A stretch of DNA of 63,196 nt, filler included, from Octopus bimaculoides (taxonomy: Eukaryota): assembly GCF_001194135.2 (NCBI RefSeq). It is 4 parts of 4 records of this genome, joined end to end, with 100 filler letters (N's around TTAATTAATTAA, not from the genome) between each part and the next. Parts side by side here need not be neighbours in the genome. Positions count along the whole stretch, not along the records: positions 25,554 to 53,240 come from NC_068995.1; 3 more parts are not named here. One strand, given 5' to 3'. The notes beneath the pieces were generated by a model, which saw nothing but the letters and a program-made list of their open reading frames with translations, made no database searches and had not been told where the DNA came from. Position numbers and translations under genes: made by a program. Shown one piece after another: positions 25,554-39,471 of the stretch (position 1 is its first letter; the number at the start of each line of letters is the position of its first letter).

Positions 25554-26558
25554 TAAATTGATGATATACATGTATGTATGTATATGTTGTATATGTATAT
25601 ATGTGTTTATATATGTAAGTATATATATGTATATATGTGTTTATATACATATATATGTATATATGTATATATATATTATATATATGTGTCTGTATGTAAC
25701 ATACGCACGTACATTTTAAAACAAATATAGTATGCGTCTTCAAACGTCTGTTAATGTGTGTACTTACACACACACATATATATTCGCATATATATGTATA
25801 TATTTATATATGTATATATATATATGTGTGTGTGTGTGTGTATGTGTATGTGAGTGTAATTTTGTGAATGTATGCATGCATGTATGTATGTGTGCTTTTA
25901 TATATGTATCTCTATATCACCATGTGCGTATTTACCTACCGTGTCACTCACATATGTTTATTACAACGTACCCACACGTATTGACACACTCACAATCACA
26001 GACACACACACATAGACACACACACAATCACACCCGCTGACTCCCCCCCACCACACAAACATTTATATATTTAGAGAGAAAGATAGTTAGCGAGATCTCT
26101 ATGAAGGCATTACCAATCTATATGGAAACTATCAAAGCTGCAGGATACCAAAGTCTGCAAAGATCAAATGAATGACATATTTAACATATTTCACCCCTGT
26201 GAACCTCTCCCCTCACACCCTTTAGTCTTGATATCAATAGACTCTCAATACATTCAAATACCGATTATGCACACACATACAAAAGCCGGCACCATACCAT
26301 ACACTTACCTACATATTTGTGTATGTGCCTGTACATATGTATGTTTATATATATGTTTATATATATATATATANNNNNNNNNNNNNNNNNNNNNNNNNNN
26401 NNNNNNNNNNNNNNNNNNNNNNNNNNNNNNNNNNNNNNNNNNNNNNNNNNNNNNNNNNNNNNNNNNNNNNNNNNNNNNNNNNNNNNNNNNNNNNNNNNNN
26501 NNNNNNNNNNNNNNNNNNNNNNNTGTGTGTGTGTGTGTGTGTGAGCGTGCGTGCGGTA

Positions 26559-26594
<36 letters not shown>

Positions 26595-26640
26595 ATGTAT
26601 GTATAAGTGTGTGCGTGTGTGTGTGTGCATGTGAATATTT

Positions 26641-26765
26641 CGCAGGAGTGGCTGTGTGGTAAGTAACTTGCTTACCAACCACATGGTTCCAGGTTCAGTG
26701 GCACCTTGGGCAAGTGTCTTCTACTATAGACTCGGGCCGACCAAAGCCTTGTGAGTGGATTTATA
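26641..26765 (+). mobile_element. SINE family D, 5' part with internal deletion
   Basis: CGCAGGAGTGGCTGTGTGGTAAGTAACTTGCTTACCAACCACATGGTTCCAGGTTCAGT[del]GGCACCTTGGGCAAGTGTCTTCTACTATAG. Confidence 0.8.
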
Positions 26766-27201
26766 CACACACACACACACGCGCGCGCGCGGATTTGTGA
26801 ATGTACATCTAAGCACACATACTCACTCGTATGAGTACGAATGCATACACGCAGATATATCAGCATATACATAGATATATATATACATATATACTCTCAC
26901 ATCTACCGCACCTTCCTACTTCTCCCCAACCACACGCTCGATTTCTTGTCCATCACGCGGTCGGTTTCCTGTTCACCACGTGGTATTTTCCAATTAATTG
27001 TTGTCGCTGAAATACCTACCTCAAACCGCTATACCATGTGATCGTTCTCGACCAATCGCAGGCTAACGTCCAGTAATAAATATTTACTCTCTTCAATCGA
27101 ACTCTCATTCAAACCCCAATGGCCAAAGCATGACCACAGCTCTCGAGCTGATGCTAGTAAACGGACCTTTTGCTATCGCGCACCTTTTTTCTCTCCTCTT
27201 T

Positions 27202-27228
27202 CTGATGAAGGGCCAGGGATGAAACGTT
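27202..27228 (+). ncRNA. Degenerate Penelope-type minimal hammerhead ribozyme motif
   Basis: CTGATGA-A-GGGCCAGGGAT-GAAAC-GTT: intact catalytic boxes, but helix II and helix I are poorly paired. Confidence 0.4.
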
Positions 27229-27337
27229 ATCTACCGACTCTTTTTTTCCATCGTATACTGTATACTGAGCCTCAAGCGAATACATTTGATGTGTACGTCC
27301 ATCTGTCTTCCACTGTTATGTTATTTTAATTTTCGAT

Positions 27338-27381
<44 letters not shown>

Positions 27382-27391
27382 NNNNNNNNNN

Positions 27392-27429
<38 letters not shown>

Positions 27430-27529
27430 ACACACACATACATACACACACTCATATATATGATCACACAGGATATGTATTTATGTATGACTGAAAATTA
27501 AAGACACTCAAAAACAAGGAACTGAGAGA

Positions 27530-27870
27530 CTCCCATCGGTCATGAATGACCATGGAATTGCACCTAGAAAGTTCTCTCCTTCCCGAGGAACAAGTCTAGG
27601 CAAGGTTGTTTTATGGAAGACCAGCAGTTGCTCGTGTATACCAGCCTCCCCTCTCCATGCCACCGATGTTATCCAAAGGAAAGGCAAAGGGGCCGATTCA
27701 ACTTGGTACCTGTGACTTCGCAACTCATTTGTACAGCTGAGTAAACTGGAGCAACGTGAAATAAAGTGTCTTGCTCAAGAACACAACACGCACCCCAGTC
27801 TGAGAATCGAACTCACTACTTCATGATTGTGACCCAGACGCTCTAATCACTGAGCCATGTGCCTTCACAA
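27530..27870 (-). mobile_element. SINE family B, near full length (head B + core + tail Y)
   Basis: Reverse complement GTGAAGGCACATGGCTCAGTGATTAGAGCG...GAGTTCGATTCTC...GTTCTTGAGCAAGACACTTTATTTCACGTTGCTCCAG...CTAGGTGCAATTCCATGGTCATTCATGACCGATGGG. Confidence 0.85.
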
Positions 27871-28277
27871 GGCAGGAATTATATTGATATAAAATTTGTA
27901 CAAGAACATTAGTCTCTGGAAACATTGTTACATATGTTTTTAGCAGTCAAGCCACGGCTGCATGTGGTCGTCTGCCACCTTCTGACCGGAGGAAATGGAT
28001 GTAAATTATCTGAAGATTATTTTGTATGACACAATACTGAGACTGTATATATTCAGAACTAAATGCAGCACAATGAAGATATCATCAAGAATGATATGAC
28101 GTAAGAAATTTCACTGGAGCTCAAAAGTTTTGGGTAATCAACCTTAAAACATGAAATCCAAAACATGAGTTATTGTAGCAAACGTATGAAGGAATAATTC
28201 TCAATTATAGCAAGATTATTCTTTCATGCAAAGCTAAGAATAAGCACACCTACAACCTACCCTCATATGCACACACA

Positions 28278-28316
<39 letters not shown>

Positions 28317-30451
28317 ACACACACACACACACACAATTATGTATGTATGTATGTATGTATGTATGTATTATGTATGTATATATGTATANNNNNNNNNNNN
28401 NNNNNNNNNNNNNNNNNNNNNNNNNNNNNNNNNNNNNNNNNNNNNNNNNNNNNNNNNNNNNNNATAAATTAACTACCAACAAAAATAATTGGTAAGCTAA
28501 CTCAAAAAATCATCACCAAAATAGCAGAAAAAAACGACAGTGAAGGTATGTAGACTCTTCAAGAATCGATCCTTTTGGTTATATTAATAATAATAAAGGA
28601 GTTACGACGCAAAAACGTATATATTCAAATGAACATATTTATCTTCTTCAATATATATTTCAGTATAAAGAATTCATTAAGAGACTTAATAAATCAAAAT
28701 TTCTTTACACATCTTCAGGAATAAATATAACACCAGAAAACTACATTCGGTTTAAAAATACAAACCGTTCATGGCGAAAAAAGTTCGCCATTACAAAAAC
28801 CGAACAAAATTTTTAAAGTTTTTACGTTCTTTTCGCAAAGAACCTGCTGTATAGTGCTTGTATTGAACCTGCGACTGGGGTGCGTACAATAAACCATTAC
28901 AACACTCCTTTCTATGATTGAATATAACGGAAAGAAAAAAATTCAGAAATAACTTAAGACAAAAACAAAACAAAATACTCCATAACGCATGGTTTACTCC
29001 TCCACTATTAATACAACAACCATTTTTATAAAGACTGTTCTGATGTAAGGGGAGATCATTTTCTAGTTCGTATTGTGAACATGATTTTTTTTTTAACAAC
29101 AGTTCCCTACTTTTGAATGAGTTTGAACAAAATACTTAATGTAGAATAAAGAAGAAGAGAAATTCTATCATGTATACACATACACACACATACAAATTTC
29201 AAGTTAAACTATGTTAGGTGTAAAAGAGAATCTAATTATATTTTAAGTATTTGTAGATTTATGTGATAATATTTCATAATTGTGTGACAATATTCAATGG
29301 GGTTTGAAAACAAAAGACAAACGAATGTTTATCTGAAAATTATAATTGTATTTTATTAAAAATATATATACAAAAAATGTAATAAAATGGATTACAACGC
29401 GAGGCAAAATAGAGGATTAGAATGTGTAAAAAGTAAAACGAATCAGCCGTAAAATAGATATAATTTAATTGAAGAAATAGCAAATTTCGAAGATGACGAA
29501 AAAGAGAAGCTTACCCTTAGTTCAAATGTTGTAAATTTAGTTTTTAGAATGATTTCCATTTTGGCAAAATCTACAAGGAGATAATTACTATTTAAGTTTT
29601 TCATATTTGAAAAGAGATAAAAATGAGTATACAGTGAAAGATTGTTGCTAGAGAGAAGTAATCATAATCTTGTTCTAATTTAGGTGTTAATTTGATAGAT
29701 AATAAAAGAGAAAAATATGTGGGTTATGTAAAAGGCTTGAGTACATGTATATATGTGTATCTAAGGCTATGGTCTATTTGACGAGTGTGATAGAGGAAAA
29801 ACAAACTGCATCAATACGTATTATTAAATCCGGAATTGAACAAAAGTTGAAGTTTTGAAAACTTATTATTAAACTATACTTTGTAATGATTCTAAATTCT
29901 TTCAGCATGTATAATATTAATTATCAACATCATCTTAATTACAATTGCAACTTAATTAAACCTGAAATTGCAGTTATGCTATTACTCCAGCACCAACACT
30001 TTTCCCCTCGCATTCTAAGTACATAAGTACATGGTTGGTAGAACAGTTTATAAATGCAACGAAAATATTAGTAATTCCTCTCATACATACGTCTAACTTT
30101 TACTCCTTTTAAATAACGCTTTAACAACCACACACACACTCTTAGAAACCTCGCAACAGAATAAATTAATCACCATTTACTCGGTTTATTTTGGCTTGGA
30201 AAAACAAGAGCCTAAACCTTCTTAAAAATGTTTTAGAAAAAAAGTTAAACTAATTAATGTTTGGAAGATTGAATTCTCTAATAATCATTTTTTACCTTAC
30301 AAAGATAGAAGTTTGCAGATATGTAGAAAATAAATCGATATCGAAAGATGACTTATTTTATCACAGCGAGAACGATAAGAGGCAAAAACTAAACAAAACA
30401 ACCTTAAGTGAGATATGAACTCGGAAAGTAAAGCTCATAATTAAAATAATC

Positions 30452-31000
30452 TTTTCTACTCTGGGCACAAGGCCCGAAATTTTTGGGGAGGTGGGGCAGT
30501 CAATTTGATCGACCTCAGTACGCAACTGGTATTTAATTTATCGAACCCGAAAGGATGAAAGGCAAAGCCGACCTCGGCGGAATTTGAACTCAGAACGTAA
30601 CGGCAGACGAAATACCACTAAGCATTTCGCCCGGCGTGTTAACGTTACTGCCAGCTCGCCGCCCAAACTGGTGCTTATTTTATCGACCTTGAAAGAACAA
30701 AAGGAAAAGACGGATAAAATGCCGCTAAGCATTTCATCCGGTGTGCTAACGATTCTGCCAGATCGCCACCTTTATACCCTATAATAAGGATTTCTACTAT
30801 AGCCACAAAGCCTGAAATTTTGGGGTAGGGGACCAGTCGATTAAATCTACCCCAGAGTTCAACCGGCATCTATTCCATCGATAACGAAAAGCTGGAAGAC
30901 AAATTCCAGCTTAGCGTAGTTTTAACCCAGAACGTAAAGACGGACGAAATGCTGTTAAGCACTTTGTCCGACGCGCTAACGATTCTGACGGCTCGCTACT
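30452..31000 (-). mobile_element. Cluster of three adjacent minus-strand SINE family C copies
   Basis: Three repeats of CTAAGCATTT...AACG(A/T)TTCTGCCAG-like head complement (ending ~30663, ~30775, ~31000), with 3' ends TTCTACT...CACAAGGCC at ~30455 and ~30795. Confidence 0.8.
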
Positions 31001-31429
31001 TTGTATTCTGTAATAATGACCAATGATAACCACTCAGAGAGTGGCTATTTTCTATTCATTTCTTAAATATTTAATGGAGAAGTTTTAGTAATTTTAATCA
31101 TTATCTGGAAATGGTTGACTGACGACACATTGTGATCACGCCTTTCATTGTTGTATTTATTAATCTTTGATTAAAGATTGATCCCAAACACCCCAAGTGT
31201 ATATTATATTGCCATATCTAAAGTGCGAATGGCGGAGAATCAACAGAGCGTCGGACAAAATACCTTGTGATATTTATTCCGCCTCTTTACGTTTTGAGTT
31301 CAAATGTGGCCAAGATAAACGTTGCCTATCAGGGTCGATAAAATACACGATGTTCGGGCTAAATCCGACATTTCGCGTAAAAGGAAAAGAAAATTCAATA
31401 TCTCATCTAAAAATACAAGTAATAGAGAT

Positions 31430-32290
31430 AAATAAAATATCAACTAGATTATGGCAGGGAAATAATAACTTACTCAAAGTAGCCGCCATCACGGCCTGAA
31501 GACGGCTCCGGAACGTAGCGCATGCGTTCCTCACTCTGTTCCTGGGAAGATTGTCGAACACCGCTTTGAGCTCGGCTTTGGTGTTGCAGACAGAGATGTT
31601 GGTGGCTTTCTCAACCGCGCCGCACACAAAGTGATTCTTGATAGGATCAGGAGGCAATTAATTGGGGGATGGTGAAGTCGAAAAAAATTATCCGACAACT
31701 ATTTCAGACTCTTGCCGTAGGAATGGCAAGGAGCCGAATCCTACTGTCACACAAAACCTTTCCTTCCAAAAAGGGATCGATCAAGGTCTCCAACAGCTTC
31801 ACATAACAGTTTGAATCTAGCCAAGGCCCTCTTCAAAGATGCGGAGAGGTATGGTATCGCCCTCACTCGAAACACACCCAAAGACGATCGCAATTTGAGG
31901 GAACTTGATTTTCATGATACGTGGAACATGACATGGATTGTAGGCAAGCTACTTGTTATTCTGAATATTGTGCAACTGGTTCCTGGCAGTTCTTATCATC
32001 TGAGAAGAACCAAGATCATCCCCGGTTCAGCAGGATGTCTCTGCTTGTTCAGGAATTGCTTTTCGCCAAGCGGTTCTCTTGGCGTTGGATGACAGAATTT
32101 GTCTCTTGGGTCAGCTTCATGGTGGTGACTACAAAATCCATCTCTTTTGCCAAAATCCAGATCCCCTACCTTCGATATTTCATAAAAGACAAAGACCACC
32201 TCGGCGGAGATTGTACTCGGGACCAAAAGAACCAGGACAAATACTTGCGAGGTCTTTTTACGACATTATAAAGATTCTACCAATCTACTA
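31430..32290 (-). pseudogene. Tc1/mariner superfamily, maT/DD37D-type transposase remnant
   Basis: Minus strand reads FFSDDK near 32000, then QLHNIQNNK*LAYNPCHVPRIMKIKFPQIAIVFGCVSSEGD, Q*DSAPCH...LSDNF, and VCGAVEKATNISVCNTKAELKAVFDNLPRNRVRNACATFRSRLQAV (ORF 31403-31657); several stops and frameshifts. Confidence 0.8.
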
Positions 32291-32323
32291 TCCTAATCAT
32301 GTTCATAATAATAATGGTTTCAA

Positions 32324-32536
32324 TGCGGCGATGTGGCAGAAACGTTAGCACGCCAGGCGAAATGCTTAGCGGTATTTCGTCTGCCATTACGTTCTGAGTT
32401 CAAATTCCACCGAGGTCGACTTTGCCTTTCATCCTTTCAGGGTCGATAAATTAAGTACCAGTTGCGTACAAGGGTCGATCTAATCGACTGGTATCCTCGC
32501 CAAAAATTTCGGGCCTTGTGCCTAGAGTAGAAAGGG
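32324..32536 (+). mobile_element. SINE family C with 19-bp target-site duplication
   Basis: ATAATAATAATGGTTTCAA occurs at 32305-32323 and 32537-32555; body TGGCAGAAACGTTAGCACGCC...GAGTTCAAATTCC...GGCCTTGTGCCTAGAGTAGAAAG. Confidence 0.9.
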
Positions 32537-32888
<352 letters not shown>

Positions 32889-33201
32889 AAGAACAACAAC
32901 AATAACGTCAATATCACGAGAGTTATTGCAGAGAAATATATTAAAAACACAAGAAAATGATAAAGAATAATAAGAAATTAAGGTGGAAATATTGAAAAAT
33001 GAAGGTGACGAGGAGAAAGGAGAGGCTTGTGGCGCAGAGGGTAAGAAAATTACTCCCTCTCCTAATTGACGTAGTTCACTTCCAGGTCACTCTTCTTTGC
33101 ATTGTCGCTTTTTTCTTTTTACTTGTGTTCCTTGAACGTCCTGTTAGGTATTTCATTTAAAGAACTTTATGTTCATACGTTCGTACATATTTGCATGTGT
33201 T

Positions 33202-33247
<46 letters not shown>

Positions 33248-33896
33248 NNNNNNNNNNNNNNNNNNNNNNNNNNNNNNNNNNNNNNNNNNNNNNNNNNNNN
33301 NNNNNNNNNNNNNNNNNNNNNNNNNNNNNNNNNNNNNNNNNNNNNNNNNNNNNNNNNNNNNNNNNNNNNNNNNNNNNNNNNNNNNNNNNNNNNNNNNNNN
33401 NNNNNNNNNNNNNNNNNNNNNNNNNNNNNNNNNNNNNNNNNNNNNNNNNNNNNNNNNNNNNNNNNNNNNNNNNNNNNNNNNNNNNNNNNNNNNNNNNNNN
33501 NNNNNNNNNNNNNNNNNNNNNNNNNNNNNNNNNNNNNNNNNNNNNNNNNNNNNNNNNNNNNNNNNNNNNNNNNNNNNNNNNNNNNNNNNNNNNNNNNNNN
33601 NNNNNNNNNNNNNNNNNNNNNNNNNNNNNNNNNNNNNNNNNNNNNNNNNNNNNNNNNNNNNNNNNNNNNNNNNNNNNNNNNNNNNNNNNNNNNNNNNNNN
33701 NNNNNNNNNNNNNNNNNNNNNNNNNNNNNNNNNNNNNNNNNNNNNNNNNNNNNNNNNNNNNNNNNNNTATACTTACGTACTTGCATTCTACATGTATATG
33801 TGCTCATGAATATATGCATGTGTGCATGCACACACATGTTTAAATTTACGTGCGTCTGTGTGCATCTTTGTATATATATGCATGTGTGTCTATACG

Positions 33897-33954
<58 letters not shown>

Positions 33955-34218
33955 AGAAAATTGCAGGACATTTCCGGCAAGCAGTAAAGAGCATAAAAAA
34001 TTCATTTAATCTTTCCATAATTACATCTCTATGAATTTACATTATTGAGCTATAGTGATACGCATACATACCTGCACGTACATACCAAAAAATCTATACG
34101 TACACACACACACGCACACACACACGCACACATACACACACACATATGCATGCACACACATACGTTACAGATAATTATGATAAACGGATACGCACACATA
34201 TTAATATGTATGTACATA

Positions 34219-34430
34219 AGGCGGTGAGCTGGCAGAAACGTTAGCACGCCGGGCGAAATGCTTAGCTGTATTTAGTCTGCCGCTACGTTCTGAGTTCAAA
34301 TTCCGCCGAGGTCGACTTTGCCTTTCATCCTTTCGGGGTCAATAAATTGAGTACCAGTTGCGTACTGGGGTCGATCTAATCGACTAGACCCTCCCCTAAA
34401 ATTTCAGGCCTTGTGCTTAGAGTAGAAAAG
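34219..34430 (+). mobile_element. Young full-length SINE family C with 16-bp target-site duplication
   Basis: AATATGTATGTACATA at 34203-34218 and 34431-34446; CpG-rich body GGCGGTGAGCTGGCAGAAACGTTAGCACGCCGGGCGAAATG...AGTAGAAAAG. Confidence 0.9.
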
Positions 34431-34499
34431 AATATGTATGTACATAGAAGCATAATCGTACGACACGTTTATATTTGAGAATGTCCAAGTATATATTTG

Positions 34500-34542
<43 letters not shown>

Positions 34543-34710
34543 GTCTCTCTAGCAGTGCATCTCTTTATCTCTCTCTCTCTACAAGCGTTATATTTATGTA
34601 TATGCATAAAATAGAAACGGATTTCGTACACACACACACATATATATAGGTCTATATCTCTCTCTCTCTCTCTATGTATGTATGTATGTATGTATGTATG
34701 TATGTATGTA

Positions 34711-34773
<63 letters not shown>

Positions 34774-35174
34774 GATAATGAACAAATACACACTTTACAA
34801 GGAAACGAAGCTCCGTTGATTTCGACGATGCGTACTCAATTTGTCCGATCAACTGAACTACGTACTCTTTAAAGTACAAATAGCTAAGTGTGCCTTATAC
34901 TCATTTACTCTTAACATAATCAAGTAGCTTAATGAGTCCGACATTGTCAATAAGTGGCTCTTGAGATTCCACAGAATAAGTGACTCAAAGAGATTCCACA
35001 GAACTTTCGTCCAAGAGAATTTCCTTCAGAAGGTTTGGATGAGGCCGAGGGTAAACTAAAAGACACTTTGATATGATGCCATTAGGTGGGATCGAACTTG
35101 TAACCTAGCAGTGATTGTAAAAGAGAACTTAACTATAGGGCTAAGCCCATCTGCATATTATACATTATACATCA

Positions 35175-35213
<39 letters not shown>

Positions 35214-35782
35214 TTACAGACATAATACATAGAGAGATTTATGCATATGTACATGGGCATAAATGTACATATATATGCACGTATATATAGGTATGTATGT
35301 ATATAATAAATTCACACACACACAGACACATGCACACACACACACATATCTATATATACACGTAAGTATATATGCATTTGTATATTACAGTACATTACGC
35401 TGTTACATTATAATATATGATATGATATATACATTGTATCTATCTATCTATCTATCTGTGTTCGACTACGCTAATATGTAAGTATTTAGGTAAGTAATGA
35501 AATCAAACGAAGAGAAAAAGGAAAAAAGAAATTGTAAAGAAATGGAAAAAAAGAAAAGAGAGAACGTGTGACGTTAGTAATATGTAAAACAGTCGTGGGA
35601 TATCGGTGTGTGGGAGGTGACAAAGTAATATTGGAGAGAAACGTTGACAGGAATGGCAGCCATTGACAACTTTCACACAAAAGGTGGTAATCTGTAATCA
35701 TCGCAACCACCAGCAGCAGCAGCAGTCTTCGTATAGAAATACAGAAATAAACACAAAAGTACACATACACAGACACACGCAT

Positions 35783-35813
<31 letters not shown>

Positions 35814-35937
35814 TGTACGCATGCGCGTGCATACACACACACATGCACACAAACACAAACTTTCATCAACACACGCACACAGAGATATATACATATACGC
35901 ATACACAGTTAGGTACACACACACACAATATATGTAT

Positions 35938-35974
<37 letters not shown>

Positions 35975-36444
35975 NNNNNNNNNNNNNNNNNNNNNNNNNN
36001 NNNNNNNNNNNNNNNNNNNNNNNNNNNNNNNNNNNNNNNNNNNNNNNNNNNNNNNNNNNNNNNNNNNNNNNNNNNNNNNNNNNNNNNNNNNNNNNNNNNN
36101 NNNNNNNNNNNNNNNNNNNNNNNNNNNNNNNNNNNNNNNNNNNNNNNNNNNNNNNNNNNNNNNNNNNNNNNNNNNNNNNNNNNNNNNNNNNNNNNNNNNN
36201 NNNNNNNNNNNNNNNNNNNNNNNNNNNNNNNNNNNNNNNNNNNNNNNNNNNNNNNNNNNNNNNNNNNNNNNNNNNNNNNNNNNNNNNNNNNNNNNNNNNN
36301 NNNNNNNNNNNNNNNNNNNNNNNNNNNNNNNNNNNNNNNNNNNNNNNNNNNNNNNNNNNNNNNNNNNNNNNNNNNNNNNNNNNNNNNNNNNNNNNNNNNN
36401 NNNNNNNNNNNNNNNNNNNNNNNNNNNNNNNNNNNNNNNNNNNN

Positions 36445-36484
<40 letters not shown>

Positions 36485-36914
36485 TTTGGAGATATCCTGA
36501 TAGATGTATTTATTAAAGAAGTTGAAAAGTTTCAAATGAAGGAACAGAAAAGAAAGTGAAAAGAATGGGAAAGACAGAAAAGAAGAAAAGGAGAAGGAGA
36601 AGGAAGAGGAAAGAGAGAAGAAGAAGAAAAAGGAGAAAAAGAAAAGGGAAAGGAATAAAAAAGGAAAAGAAGAAAAAGAAAAAGAAGAAAATGAATTAGA
36701 TAAACGAGGGAAAAGAACGGTAAGGAGATGAAAAGGAAGGGATCGAACGCGCAAGATATTGGAAGGCTGCAGAAATAATCTCTGAATATTGATTGATTGT
36801 TGCATTGAAATCGAAGATAGACAAGAAAACGGAAAACAGGAAGAACAGGGGTTCGATTTTTAATTGCAAAAAGCATCTATTTTTCATTTATGCTCATTTC
36901 TAACTCTCGACAGC

Positions 36915-37135
36915 GAAGGCGCGTGGCTTAGTGGTCTGGGTACTCGGCTCACGATCGCAAGGTCGTGAGTTCAATTCCCGGCAACGCGTTGTGTCCTTGA
37001 GCAAGATATTTTATTTCACGTTGCTCCAGTCCACTCTGCTGGGGAAAATGAGTTTTACCTGTATTTCAAAAGAGACAGCCTTGTAACATTCTTTGTTACG
37101 CTGAATCTCCCTGAGAATTGCATTCAGGATATAAG
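36915..37135 (+). mobile_element. SINE with head B + core and family-A-like tail, 3' truncated
   Basis: GAAGGCGCGTGGCTTAGTGG...GAGTTCAATTCCC...TTGTGTCCTTGAGCAAG core, then GTTACGCTGAATCTCCCTGAGAAT, which resembles GTCATGCTGAATATCCCCGAGAACT at ~2390-2414. Confidence 0.75.
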
Positions 37136-37227
37136 AGTGGGAAGGATACATGTTCACGATGTCACACTGCATGTGTTACCTCAGTTAGGGAGAGGAAGAG
37201 TAATGATATATATATATATATATTCCC

Positions 37228-37269
<42 letters not shown>

Positions 37270-38929
37270 TGAGAGAAAGAGAGGACAACAAATATGCAGG
37301 TCTCACCTGGCGGCTTATTGAGGATCTATGTGCCACAAGTTCAATCAATCAGTGGTAATTTGGGTCAAAGCAATAACTACAACGAAAACAACATAAAGAA
37401 GAAGAACAACAATAACAACATTAACTAATACTTATTAAACATCGACAGAACAAGTACAGAAAAATATCACAGTGGTTACAAGGAAACAACAAAAAATAAT
37501 TCCGAACAAATGACATGTAAACAAACGAGTTATATGATACACAAGAAAAAAACCCCCAAAAACAAATCCTGAAGCAAACAAAGAACAAAAAAGAAAATAA
37601 AGAGGAGATAAAGAGAAGATGAAGATTAAGTTGGCAGGAAATTTAAATCTGATCTTCGTGTGGTTTTCACTAAGTTAATCCATCGAGTATCTGTAAGCGT
37701 GCATTGAGCTAAAATCAATAGAGTTAGAAATGAAGAGAAGTGGTGAGTTTTTTAAAGCTACAACAGGCGCCACTTTGAGNNNNNNNNNNNNNNNNNNNNN
37801 NNNNNNNNNNNNNNNNNNNNNNNNNNNNNNNNNNNNNNNNNNNNNNNNNNNNNNNNNNNNNNNNNNNNNNNNNNNNNNNNNNNNNNNNNNNNNNNNNNNN
37901 NNNNNNNNNNNNNNNNNNNNNNNNNNNNNNNNNNNNNNNNNNNNNNNNNNNNNNNNNNNNNNNNNNNNNNNNNNNNNNNNNNNNNNNNNNNNNNNNNNNN
38001 NNNNNNNNNNNNNNNNNNNNNNNNNNNNNNNNNNNNNNNNNNNNNNNNNNNNNNNNNNNNNNNNNNNNNNNNNNNNNNNNNNNNNNNNNNNNNNNNNNNN
38101 NNNNNNNNNNNNNNNNNNNNNNNNNNNNNNNNNNNNNNNNNNNNNNNNNNNNNNNNNNNNNNNNNNNNNNNNNNNNNNNNNNNNNNNNNNNNNNNNNNNN
38201 NNNNNNNNNNNNNNNNNNNNNNNNNNNNNNNNNNNNNNNNNNNNNNNNNNNNNNNNNNNNNNNNNNNNNNNNNNNNNNNNNNNNNNNNNNNNNNNNNNNN
38301 NNNNNNNNNNNNNNNNNNNNNNNNNNNNNNNNNNNNNNNNNNNNNNNNNNNNNNNNNNNNNNNNNNNNNNNNNNNNNNNNNNNNNNNNNNNNNNNNNNNN
38401 NNNNNNNNNNNNNNNNNNNNNNNNNNNNNNNATATATATATATATATACTTTTAGAACTTCTAATGTGTTACTGGTATCTAATGTGTCAACTGGTATTTG
38501 TTTTTGCGTTGCATACGGGTATGTGTGTGTGTATACGTGCGCATGCGTGTCTGTGTCTGCGTGCATGTTATGTACATAATATTTTGTTAATTTTATTCGT
38601 CTAAAGTTCGGAAACGTCTGTAGTGTACCCATGGCCTTCCCAAATCTTTCACGATCGATGAAATCAATGAGGTTAACGGTTCTTCTTGAACAGTTTTAAG
38701 TCAAAGGCTGCAAGAAAAACGGGAGGAATTCCAAAAGTTTTCAAGGTACCAAGATGATTCTGATGAGCAGATGTCACTTTAGTAGTGACAGACAATGGAA
38801 AACAAACAGGGAGAGGGTACAACATGTCTGTGGGTCAGCCGTTGGATTGCGGTAACATGCGGGCTCAGGAAAATCCATCGAATGATTTGTCTTTCGACAT
38901 CTATTTGCATGTAACAGCATCACTTGTCC

Positions 38930-39025
38930 CAGGTCGATAAATTAAGTACCAGTGGAACACTGGAGTCGATGTGATCGACTTACTCCTCCCCCCCCAAAAA
39001 TTTCAGGCCTAGTGCCTATTGTGGA
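38930..39025 (+). mobile_element. SINE family C, 3' half
   Basis: GGTCGATAAAATTAAGTACCAG...GTCGATGTGATCGACTT...AAAATTTCAGGCCTAGTGCCTATTGTGGAGAGG. Confidence 0.7.
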
Positions 39026-39421
39026 GAGGATTATTACCTCCGCCTTAGTGGTATTTATTTGTTTGATAGTTTGTTCGTGGACAAGATATCTCAAGAACTG
39101 CTGGATGGATTCGAATGAAACTTTCAGTGATGTTTGGCCTAGTGATTGGCAGGGACTGATTAGATTTTCTTTATCAGCCATCTTTAAATAATTACAGAAA
39201 ATTACCAAATATTTGGTTTTGCCGAAAATTGCAAGATATTCGTTGTTCCGAATGCAGTCAAAAATTGTTGAAGCGAACCCCCTGGAAAATACAATAGTAA
39301 TATTTGCGCAGTGCAAACAATTTCAGAAATGCAATGATAACAATAGAGGGCCGAAAAGATTACAAACACTCTTTCAATTTACGAAACACCAAATTTCCGT
39401 GACTTCACAGTATGGCGGCCC

Positions 39422-39469
<48 letters not shown>

Positions 39470-39471
<2 letters not shown>

